From NCBI RefSeq assembly GCF_006345805.1, contig NC_043012.1, forward strand, positions 33,108,001 to 33,172,000: DNA of 64,000 bases, given 5' to 3'. Under the pieces are notes generated by a model. That model was not told where the DNA came from. It searched no databases and saw only the letters and a list, made by a program, of their open reading frames with translations. The translations under genes and the position numbers were made by a program. Below, piece by piece: positions 40,680-53,215 of the stretch (within the stretch, counting starts at the first letter, position 1; each line of letters begins with the position of its first letter). The stretch is from Octopus sinensis (taxonomy: Eukaryota).

Positions 40680-43600
40680 TTGTGCTTATATGCTTCAGAA
40701 TATTTGTGCTGAAGAGAGCAGTATTTTATTACTTTTAGTTCGAAATTAGTCCAATACACAATTAACTGGAAGATTGTATTTACTATTTCTCATTTGCTCA
40801 TTTACAACCTGTGCAAGAGGAGACGTAAGGTGGTTTTTAGTGTCATCTGGCATCTATGTCTAGAGTGTGGAGAGGTTTTCCAACCCCCTTTGATATAATT
40901 ATGTAGATAATTGTAAATAGAAATTACTTACAAGGTTTTTGTTACATGCTGGCCACTTGATAAAATCATTAGTAATTTTATCCTTAATTCTATAAAGAAT
41001 ATATGTATGACTATGTGTATGTGTGTGTGTATATATATATGTAAATATTGAACAATGAGAATGAATGTTAAAGATTCTTTATTTGTGGATTAAGGCTACC
41101 ATTTGTTTCATGCCAAGGAACCCCTTAACAATTATCAAGCCTGTCACATGGAACATTAGTCTTCATCTCTATTTTGGATTAATTGTTTTAATCCAAAATG
41201 GAGATGAACATCAATGTTCCATGCGATAGGCTTGATAATTGTTAAGGTGTTCCTTGACATGAAACGAATGGTAGCCTAAATCCTCTTGAGTAAAACACTT
41301 CATTTCACTATTCAGCTGTAAATGAGTTACCCTGTGATAGACTGGCATCCCATCCAGGAGGAATGTTGAGATGTTGGTCATCAATATGCCATTGAAACTG
41401 TGTCACCAGCTGTATGAGTCTTAGGACTTGGGACAGTATTAAAAATAGTGTAAGGCACTCTAGACATGACCATCCTGTTTATTTTTAGTAGAATTTAAGC
41501 CTACATTCTTCTTTGTTTTTTCTTTTTCTTACAGACTGTTATTAGAACAGAAAGAACTTTGCAGAGCTCGGCTGAAATTATTGCAGTACCTGTACCGATT
41601 GAGGACATACGAGGTAGACATTTTAATTTCCATTAAACAACAGTACTTCTACTTTTTTTTATTATCTGAACTGAGTGAAATTTACTAAATAGAAACTGTA
41701 TGGAAGTCCATTTTGTGTGTGTCTTTTATCTTTCGTCTTGTTTCAGTCATTAGCATGTGGCCATGCTGGGGCACTACCTTGAAGAATTTATTAGTTGAAT
41801 GAATTGACTGCAGAATGTCTTTCGAATGAGTTCAGAATGTATTTCTTAATGTCAACCACTTAACAGCATGTACTGGGTGCTATTCTTCTGGCACTAGTAC
41901 TAAGATGAAGACCCCCTTCAACTGAATAGGGTACTGTGGGGAGTGGGGTGACTTCATGCTAGGAGATGAGTCATCATCTAGCATGAAGGAGTGAGAAAAG
42001 GGTCCAGAACAGAACAGGTTTTTTGCTGTAGAAGAGCTACTACCTGGCTGTTCACATTATGGAAGAAAAAGTGGAGAAGAATGGGTGGGGCTGGAAAGAA
42101 TGCTAAAATAATGGTGATGAGTCATAAGGCTTTGTCCTTAAAGTACAAGCTGAGTGGGGACAGAACAAGGAGTGTGGTTGGGTAGAGGTTGCAAGAGTGT
42201 ATGGGGAGCGTGAGAGATGGTTAGAGAAGGGGATATGTTAGAGACTGGCGCTTCTTTACACAGCTGTCCTCGTCCATACGTATCACATGACCATACTAGC
42301 GCAGTCGTCTCTCTTGTGCACCACATCTGATGCCTCTTATGCCCAACTTTTCTCTCAAGATGCTTACACTCTGTTGAACATGCACACTAACATTACACAT
42401 CCAGCAAAACATTTCTGGCTTATTTTAGGGAATTATGGTTTGAAGGTTATTTGGAGAATTAAATAGTTACAGGTTACGATAGTAGATGTTAGTATGACTG
42501 GTTATATGAATGAATGAATGAATGGAGTGATTAAAAAACGTCATTTCATTGAAATTTCAGTTACAAGATAATGCATGTCATGTCATTTCATGTTATTGAA
42601 ATTTCAAAGTTACAAGGTAATGCATGACTGATTCAGATTGATGTGAATAAACAATCATTGCACTCACTTGACAGAGTAATCTTGAATGCTAAAGGGTTAC
42701 ATGATGATGCTGATGATGATGCTGATTTTGTGATTGTTTTACTTTTGTTGACTGGATGTTTTTAATGTAACTTTTTCTTTTCCAGCTTATTTTGGGTGGC
42801 ATCCATGTGGCGCAAGAACGTTTTGATAAAGTGTTTTTTGAAACTTTTCGTTCAGGAAACATTGTAGAGGAGGCTATTAAATTTGCTCAGGTTAGTTTCT
42901 GTTGCTGGCAATTAAAGCAAAAACATTTTTTCTTCTTGTGTGTTTTACCATATTCTTTGAACAAATATATGTACAAGTTGCTGAAGTAAATATTCCATAT
43001 ACACTGCTTAATGCAATCTGAAATAAACAAGGTGTTTATCATAAGCAATGGAGACAAATAAATTAATGAACTTTAACCCTTTCGTTACTATATTTCTGAC
43101 CAAAATACACCCCTTATGTGTTTCAATTAATTTCTAACATAATCATAAATTTAATCTGGTTTCATTAAACAACTATAACTTTTTTATTTATCAATATATT
43201 AATGTGATTTTTGGAAGATAATTTAACGAAATGTTCTCAACCAATTCTATACTATAATTTTTGTCACAAAGTGACTCTAATTGCAGGTAGATACAGGTAA
43301 ATTCAACAAAATATAAAATTATAAAAATTTTGTTCAAACATTGCTATAGAAAATGGGTTATTAGCTAATATTCAATTGGGTATACAACAAAATTTTATGA
43401 TAGAATTTGTTATTCTGGGTAACTTTCTGATACCCATAATAATAATTATGGCAAAATAGTCTTAATTTCATTTAAGGTTGTGGGAAACCACTAACTATCC
43501 TTTCTTTCGCTTTGTTTACATTTAGCGTAATGGTTCGTTTCCGCCGTAATGATTTCAAATAGGCTCATTCGAAAAAGTAAAAAGAAATAGTCTAAGGCTT

Positions 43601-46600
43601 TACTCTTCTGGGAAAGTCTGTGGCTTGGTCCAGTTTCTTCAGAAAAATCACTGAAAGAAACAGTTTTAAAATTTTCACTCCATTCAGGTGCCAATTCATT
43701 TTCTTTATCGCTGTCGGAGCTCTCGGATTCACTGTTTTCACTTTCGGAAAATGAAACCTCAGATTCATTATCAAATACCACGTGCTTTTTTTTTTCAGTC
43801 ATAGAGTTAGATTTATGAAGGTCTTCAGTAGAAAATCCTTCGAATTCTGACTCGCTGCTTGATATAATGAAATTTGTATCCATTTTTTGTCAGAATTACA
43901 AATTTTGAAAACACAATAGGAACAAATTTCGGAAAAAAATCTCCCAAAATTCACGGAATTAAAATTACACTTTGATTGTTGTACAAAACTGTCGATGAAC
44001 TGTTTACGAAGTATAATACGTGTTTTCACGAATGTACTAAAGAGATTTGCTCTGATATTCTCATTTAAATATGAATAGGTAAATACGGGCGGGTTTGGGC
44101 GGTTTGGTCACATTAACCAAAATTTTTTTCGGGCAGCTTTGGGCGGTTTGGTAACGAAAGGGTTAAAGGCAATTCAATTTGTGATGTAGCCTATTAATGC
44201 TTCCACACTGAAGAAGATGCAAGATACAAGTAAAAAAAAAAAAAAGTGGAATAAAATCAGATTCAAGTAGAATAAAACAAGTTGTTTAAAAATTTGTAAA
44301 AATTATCTGAATTCCTTTGTTTATATTTATAGGTTTATAATTTTAATAATAATCAAATATCAATGGAAATTGTAGTTATGATCCCTGTGCCGGTGGCACG
44401 TAAAAAGCACCATCCGAACGTGGCCGATGCCAGCACCGCCTTGATTGGCTTCTGTGCCGGTGGCAAGTAAAAAAGCAACAACTGATCGTAGCCGTTGCCA
44501 GCCTCGCTTCACGTAAAAAGCACCCATTACATTCACGGAGTGGTTGGCATTAGGAAGGGCATCCAGCTGTAGAAACACTGCCAGATCAGACTGGAGCCTG
44601 GTGCAGCCTCCTGGCTTCCCAGACCCCAGTCAAACCGTCCAACCCATGCTAGCATGGAAAATAGATGTTAAATGATGATGATGATAATGATGAATAATAA
44701 AAATTGTCTTGAATAATAAAATTTGTCTTGTTGAAGTACATTATAACTCATAAAAGAAAAAAAATACAGCTAAGCATTTTGTCTGGTTTTGGTCACAATT
44801 CTGCCAGGTTGCTGCCTTTCAGTGTGCAATTTTTTATCTGAAGATGGCAGAGCGTGATCTGAGGGAATCTTGTGGGTCAAGTTTCCAAGCAGCAGAAACT
44901 TGACCTGTTTTGTCGTTGCTGTGTATTCCTAGATCATTCATAGTCAAACAAAATGATGATGAAAGATGTTTCAGTTCTGGCAATCATGTTATTTGCTTAT
45001 CTGGAGCTGTATTGTACAACATCAATTTGCAGTTATGATGGTAGGGTGAGATTTGTAAGGATTTTGGCTGCTATTTTCAGCAGTTTGAGCAACTGCTTGT
45101 CAGCTCCCTATTGAACAAAATTGTCTCTTTTACTTTCAGATCTTCAGAGTAGGTAACTGCACCAACCAGGAAGGTGGTGACCATTAGGGATAGTTTTGAC
45201 TTACTTAAGAATGTTGGTAGAAGGGTCTTTTTTCAGTCACACATATGTATTGGTGCATAACCATCATTGTTAAAAGGTTCTTGAAATGATCAACTTTTTA
45301 AATCTTTCTAGTACAAAAATTGGTGGGCTGATATCTTGGCTCGTTTATCTTATAAGAGTTATATTCTTAGCTAACTCATCCCTATTATTTGAAAATTAAA
45401 TTTCAAAATATATTATAGTTTTATTGGAAATAATATAGAAGTGAAACAAACGGGAAGATCTGATATTTGAACTTGCAACTCCTTGGCTATTAGTTCATAT
45501 TCACTAAAGGTGCTTGGCTAGAACTTTTTATTTTCCATGCCTCAGATCACCTAGGAATATTACTTGGTAATAGACCACTGTCTTGTGAGGGATAAATTTC
45601 TTCAGTCACTGAATAATGTTGAATCTGAAGTTAATCTGGATTTATAAGCTCTCCTGTAGCTCTTTAAAATGTTTTCTTAATGTTTTTTTGTTTTTTTTTG
45701 TATTCAGTTGTAACTGAGAAAAAAAAAAATAATGAAGTTAAAATGTTGTTTTACAGGACAGTGAAGTTGTAGCAGTTGAAGCATTATTTACTTATCATGG
45801 ATCTGCAGTTTTACCTCACAGGTTTGTATCTCCTTTCTTTCAACAAACATGTAGAGACTTATACCTATTTCTTTACTACCCACAAGGGGGTAAACACAGA
45901 GAGGACAAACAAGGACAGACATAGGTTTTAAGTTGATTATATCGACCCCAGTGCGTAACTGGTACTTAATTTATCGACTCCGAAAGGATGAAAGGCAAAG
46001 TCGACCTCGGTGAAATTTGAACTCGGAACGTAACGGCAGACGAAATACGGGTACGCATTTCGCCCAACGTGCTAACGTTTCTGCCAGCTCGCTGCCTTAA
46101 AATCGACTTAATCCGTTTGTCTGTCCTTGTTTGTCCTCTCTGTGTTTAGCCCCTTGTGGGTAGTAAAAGAAATAGAAGTAGAGACTTATACCATTACGTC
46201 TGCTCTATTAGTTGTTTATCTCTACTCGTACTTTTGTTCTCTTTTTCCAACTCAGATTATGTTTACATGTTTTTACTCGAATAATTTTTCTCAGAGCCTT
46301 TTTCTTCCTGGGATTTTTCCCTCTTTTCTTATTCTCCTTTCCCCACCTCCAATTAAAACCTGCAATAATTCAAACTCAACATTATCTTCTCTTGCTTCAT
46401 CCTCTGACCCCTATACTTAATCATTTTTAGGGGGTTTGCAAAGGTCACGAGTACTGTTCATTCTTCCAGATTCAAGTGAAAACAAAACAAACAAAAACCA
46501 AAAAACAATAAAATCCAATTAATTTTTGTATTTAGTATGAGCTATTTATTCTTCATTAGAATATTTTTTTTTATTTTAGATTTAAATTCATAATTATACA

Positions 46601-49455
46601 ATAGATTTGAATTTATAATAACACAATATTTTAATCAATTTTATTTTTGAAGGTTGGCAATTTTGTCCAATTTCCCAGAAACTACCTCCCCGCGAGAGTA
46701 TAGTAATTTACTACCTGAAGTCGGGTATGTTTTATAAATTTTTATTTTAATGTTCATTACTGTATTTTAGCCTGTTTATATTAATTCCTCAAACATTCTG
46801 ACATATATTTGATAAACGGAAGATTTTTGTCTTAAGAATTATTTTGCTTATTTCATGTAGTCCAAGTGGCATGGTGTTCCCTTGGGAAGAGGATCGATGG
46901 AGAGACGATGACTGGTGTGAAGCTGAAGACTGCAGGTAAACACAATTGCCATTTTTAGTCTTGAGTCCCCATGCATAGCTTTTTGGGTATACTTGATCAT
47001 TGCCAGAGCGGTTATCTGGCCTCCGTGCTGGTGGTGAGCATTCTTGTATTCTTATTACTGGAACTTCTAGAAAGACGTTGAAAATTATTCACAAATGAAA
47101 GAAGTCCATTAACCCTTTTGTTACCAACCCGGCTGAAACCGACTGTGGCTCTGTAGTACAAATGTCTTGTTTTCATAAGTTTTGAATTAAAATCTTCCAC
47201 CAAACCTTAGTCCCAATTTATGTTCCCAACACTAGCTTAATGATGACTAAGTTATTTTACTAAATTCTTTGTTATATTTTAAATAATTGAAAGAGACACA
47301 GAGCATCCCAAAATAAATATGATAACGAAAGAGTTAAGCACCAAATTTATCTGGACTGTTCTGAAAAACAGGTAAATTTCAAAATATCTTTACTTAGATC
47401 ACAAAAGCTAAGTTTAAAGAGATTTATAGTGAATATATATAACAATTAACAAGAAAATAACAATTAGTGCTCAGGAACAAAAAAAAAAAAGAAGTAAGCT
47501 TTTAGTTAGAGACTATGATTTGTGTCGATAAAAGATCAGTGGAATGAGCCTGGGACTTGAGAGGATTTCCCCAGAAGGGCTGTTATCAAAATGTTGATAA
47601 TTTCTGATTTGTCTGTCTGTCAGTTACAATGAGTTATAATAATAAATGTGGCAATAACCTTTTTTAAAATTTATTTACCTTTTTTATTTGCATTTTCAGG
47701 TGTGCTGTTGATATTCAGTATTTAGATCTTGGACTTAATTTGTATGAAGAATATCCACATCTGTTGAAGTATAAGTAAGTAACTCAAATCTGAAACAAGA
47801 ACACTTGTCTATGAATTAGAAATAATGTATTTTATTGAACATGTGAAGGTGCAAGGCTCAGTGGTTAGAGTGTCAGGCTCATAATCATGAGGTTGTGAGT
47901 TCGATTCCTGGACAGGGCTGTGTGTGTATGCTTTTGAGCAATACACTTTATTTCCCGTTGCTCCAGATCACTCAGCTGTAGAAATGAGTTGACGTCACTG
48001 GTGCCAAGCTATATCAGCCCCTTTGCTTTTCCTTTGGATAACATCGGTGGTGTGGAGAGGTGGAGGCTAGTTTGCATGGGCGACTGCTGATCTTCCATAA
48101 ACAACCTTGCCTGAACTTGTTCCTAGGAGGGCAGCTTTCTAGGTGCCATTTTACGGTCATTCACGACCGAAGGGGGTCTTTACCCTTCTGAATGTAACAG
48201 CTAATCTGTCTATTTTCTTTAATTTGAGAGGTTGGGGTGGCAAACATTCAACAAAATCTGCAAAATCTGGATTTTTTCTGACGATGCATTTATTCTTACT
48301 GAGACTCTCTTAAGGAGTGCTCTCCTTTCACTGAGTGACGCAGCAGAACCACTTGGTCTTAGAGTCTTTTGGATCAAGATAAAGATCCAGTCTTTCATTG
48401 ACTTCTTGAAGGACTCCCCCTCAGTCTATTGTGGTTCAAAGAGATGTTAAAATTGTTGACTGCTTCACTTATCTCAGTGAAAAGACTTGGACAAGATGGT
48501 GCTATTGATATCTGTGCTGGAGGACAAAGGTTCAGGTCTTTAGGTTTCTGGTCCTCCATATCCTGCTCTATAGCTGTGAGACTTGGGCACTGTCTGAGGC
48601 CCTTAGGAGCTGCCTGAACTCCTTTGGTGACAGGATGATTTGCAGGATTATGGGTTTACTGTTGGTTAGATTTCGTATCCACTGAATGACTTTGCTTAGA
48701 AACTTTGAAATATCCTGTTACTTGTATGATTTGAGTGCTCCAGCTTGGACTGTTTGGCCACGTTGCTCAGTTTTCTGAGTCAGACCCTGCTTTCTGTGTT
48801 CTCTTCACTGAGGATTTGACTGGGCTGATGACTTGTGTTGGTTGATTACATGCCACATGGTCCATCATGGCAGATGAGGAGGTATTTTGGAGATACAGAC
48901 TGACAGGGATTCTTCTCAACTGGTCATGTGGCTGGACCCGGGGAATATACCTGCTGAAAAGAGCTGACAATTACCTGCCAACAACAATAGCATTCATAAC
49001 TGCTCAGTTTCTTGGAATGTATAAATTTATAAGCTGCTTGTTCTTCTGTCAGATGAATTATTCTTTATTGACCCTATTTTTCTGTCTGTTGTATAGAGGC
49101 TTATCTCACCGTGAATCAGTGCTGACACAGTGGTATGTGGAGAGGGCTTGTGAGATTGAATTAGAATCTCGGATGGTCGATAACTCTGTGGAACTCATTA
49201 AAATTGGAATTGAGCGAGGTGTTCCAGTAAGTGAATTATTGTGTATCTTTTTAATTTTTTTATCTTTTACTTGTTTCAGTCATTAGAGTGTGGCCATGCT
49301 GGGGCACCACCTGGAAGAATTCTTAGTCAAATGAATTGATCCTGGTACTTTTTTTTTTCTGTTAAGCCTGATACTTATTCTATCAGCCTTTTTTGTTGAA
49401 CTGCTAAGTTACAGGAATATAAACATACTAGCACCATTTGTCAAGCAGTAGTGGA

Positions 49456-49493
<38 letters not shown>

Positions 49494-52264
49494 TAGTTTT
49501 TTCAGTTTCTGTCTACCAAATTCACTCACAAGGCTTTTGGTTGCTTCAAGGCTATAGTAGAGGACACTTGCCGAAGGTGCCCTACAGTGGGACTGAACCC
49601 GGAACCATGTGGTTGAGAAGGAAGCATTTTACCATACAGTCATGCCTGTGCTTTTTTGGGGGGATGGGGGAAGGAAAGAAAAATCCATGAATTTCAGACA
49701 ATTTTACATATCCAATTTTTCAGTTGGAGAATTCACAAAATTTGAATATTTGTCTGAAATTATTTGTCTTTGTTAATTTGTTTCTTTATATTTTGATTTC
49801 AGGGTTTGGAAGATCTGCTCAATGATTTACTCACTATGGACTGCCTAGTTTATGACTGCCATATTGATTGCGGATTATCTTTCCAGCAATTACAAAACAT
49901 GTCAAATATTCAAAAGGCTCATCTCCTCATGAGCAAGGTTAGTATTTCATACTATTACTCCATGTTGTTTTCTGTCACCCTTCAATGTGGTTGAACAATC
50001 AATCCCAATGAGTCAGAATTCACAGTATAGAGTGGACTGTCCATTCTATCAGTTGCTGTGAATACAAACTTTGGCTCATGAGACCTCTATTTAGGTGATT
50101 TTCCTGAGTCACCACCTCACTTTTGTATGCCAGTCTGTCACAGCTGAGTGTACTGGAGCAATGTGAAATGAAGTGTTTTGCTCAAAAATATAACCAATCT
50201 GGGGATTGAAACCATGATCTCATGACCCTGAGTACACCGCCCTTACAACTGGGCCATACTGTTCATATACCATATTACATACACTTCCCATACTCCATGT
50301 ATGGAATATGAATGGGAGTATGTGATAGCATATTTAAAGTATTTTCTGATTATAGTTTTTTGTACCAAGATCAGTTCTGCAAATTCAGACATTTATTTGA
50401 ATTACTGAAGAGATTTCATTTAATTCTGTCGCCATTTTCATAATTTGAACTGTTCAATCATAAAGTGGGAATGGTAATTTACAGCAATATCCGTTTCTTT
50501 GATTTCATTGAGTTTATTTTGAAATGAAAGAAACATCACAGTGAGAGTGAGCATAAGCAAGGAGATATGATAAAAGTAAATAAGTTATTTTTCTGTCATC
50601 ATCATCATCATCATTGTTTAACGTTCGTTTTCCATGCTAGCATGGGTTGGACAATTTTGACTGAGGGCTGGCGAGCCAGATGGCCGCACCAGGCTCCAAT
50701 CTTGATCTGGCAGAGTTTCTACAGCTGGATGCCCTTCCTAACGCCAACTGTTCCGAGAGTGTAGTGGCTGCTTTTTACATACTACGGCACGGGGGGCCAG
50801 TCAGGTGGTACTGACAACGACCTTGCTCGAATCTTTTTACCCATGCCACCGGCACAGGTGCCAGTAAGGCGACGTTGGTAACGATCACGCTCGAATGGTG
50901 CCCTTTTATGTGCCATGGCACGGGGGCCAGTCAGGCGGTACTGGCAATGACCTTGCTCAAATCTTTTTACACATTTGAGTGTAATAGTAATATTCATAGT
51001 GTCAAACAAAATACCTTTGTATTCTAAGTTCAAATGCACCAGGTCCACTTTGCCTTTTATCCTTTCTAAGTATATAAAGTACCAGCCAAAGTATTGGGGG
51101 TTGATGGAATTGATTATACACTTAAATGCAGTATGCTCCAGCATGGCCACAGTCCTATGATTGGAACCAGTAAAAGACTAAAAGAATATACACATTCAAC
51201 TGCAGAATCCTGGTTCCAGTAGAGAACCACATAAAAATATAAATGTCCTGAAAGTTGTGTAAAATATTTGAAAATATCCCTTTTCTTTTGTTTCTGCCGT
51301 TTCTATTGCATTCTCTCTTGTTGCAGTCTTCTGTTGAGAAATACATAAAAAACATCTACAGCTGGTTGATTCCTTTTCTGAAGAGATGTGAAAAAAACGA
51401 CCCTCATGCCTATATGAACTTATTGAAACAATATTTAATGGACGTTGCAAAAGAGGATATAACCTTGCCTCTCAAGGTATTTGAAGCATCAAAATCGAAT
51501 GTAAGTAGATTTTTCACTTATCAAATTGCAGAATGGACATGAGTTTTCAAGTGCAAATGAATATTCATTCATTCAGTAGGATTTCATCTTTAGTATCATC
51601 ATCATCATTTACCATCCATGTTCCATGGCAGCACGATTAGGACAGTCAGGTAGCATTCAGTGCAATCCAATGACTGCACCATGCTTTAGTGCCTGCTCCA
51701 GCATGGTTTCTATGGATGGACGACGCCCTTCCAAATGCCAATCACTTTACAGCATGTGCTGGGTGCTTTTTCTATTTTAGTGCTTCTAGCAACAACGTGA
51801 CTTGAGGTTGGTCTTGAGATTAGCTTGACAGGCTCCTGTGCCGGTGGCACGTAAAAAGCACCAACCAATCGGTGGCACGTAAAAAGCACCAACCAATTGG
51901 TGGCACGTAAAAAGCACCAACCAATTCCTATATATATATATATATATATATTATTTCATTTTAATCTTATCTTTACAGTAGGAGTAATGATAAGAGAGGG
52001 AAAGAGTATGTGAGAGAAAAAGAGACTGAACACTGAACCAACATACTGAACATAATTCTTTTACACACACGTTTAGCCTTTTTGTGATGGTCATGGAGTG
52101 ATACTAATAGTATGAGGTGTAGTTGTGATAGAGGTGGTGGTAGCTGAGGTGGTCAGGGATGACGATGAGAGTAAGTGATGTGAAAGACAGTGTTGGTGGT
52201 GGGGAAGGCAGTGAAGTCAGAGGTATTGATGGTGATGGCGTCAGAAGTCTGAATGGTGTGTGTG

Positions 52265-52303
<39 letters not shown>

Positions 52304-53169
52304 AATTAGGGTATCTACGAGATACCACCATGCTGAAAATAGCAGCCATAATCTGACTCTAAAACCACCTTAATTGTCCATATTGCAAACACGGAGAGAA
52401 AACAAAGAGACAAGATGAAGCTAGTAAAAAATTACTGGATAATTCTAGATCCCGGATTTCTGACTTTGCATTTAGGAATGCTTTGCCTCGTCAGTAGAAT
52501 ACACACAGAAGAGAAACATAAATACATATAGGCGCAGGAGTGGCTGTGTGGTAAGTAGCTTGTTTACCAACCACACGGTTCCGGGTTCAGTCCCACTGCG
52601 TGGCACCTTGGGCAAGTGTCTTCTACTATAACCTCGGGCTGACCAAAGCCTTGTGAGTGGATTTGGTAGACGGAAACTGAAAGAAGCCCGTCGTATATAT
52701 GTATATATATATATGCGTGTGTGTGTTTGTGTGTCTGTGTTTGTCCCCCTAGCATTGCTTGGCAACCGATGCTGGTGTGTTTATGTCCCCGTTACTTAGC
52801 GGTTCGGCAAAAGAGACTGATAGAATAAGTACTGGGCTTACAAAAGAATAAGTCCCGGGGTCGAGTTGCTCGATTAAAGGTGGTACTCCAGCATGGCCGC
52901 GGTCATATGACTGAAACAAGTAAAAGAGAGTAAAGAGTATATATATATAAATGCAACATACGAATACTTACATATACGACCATATACCTACATATATATG
53001 CACGTATGCATCATGGCCAGTTCAAAATGCCTGTCGCTTAATTCCATGGTGGTATCTTGTAGAATCCCTAATTTATAATTTTATTAATTATTACCTTTGA
53101 AGGTTATTTTTTCCATGCTGACCACTTGATAATATCATTATTTTATTTTTGAATTAACAATCTTATCCT

Positions 53170-53215
<46 letters not shown>

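Noticed and set aside
48867-49096. In-frame upstream extension of exon 25 (MADEEVFWRY...)
   Set aside because: No NBAS similarity, it overlaps decayed LINE sequence, and a clear acceptor exists at 49096
51843-51926. CRISPR-like arrays (28-bp, 27-bp and 25-bp repeats)
   Set aside because: No unique spacers, no cas genes, eukaryotic context; plain tandem repeats
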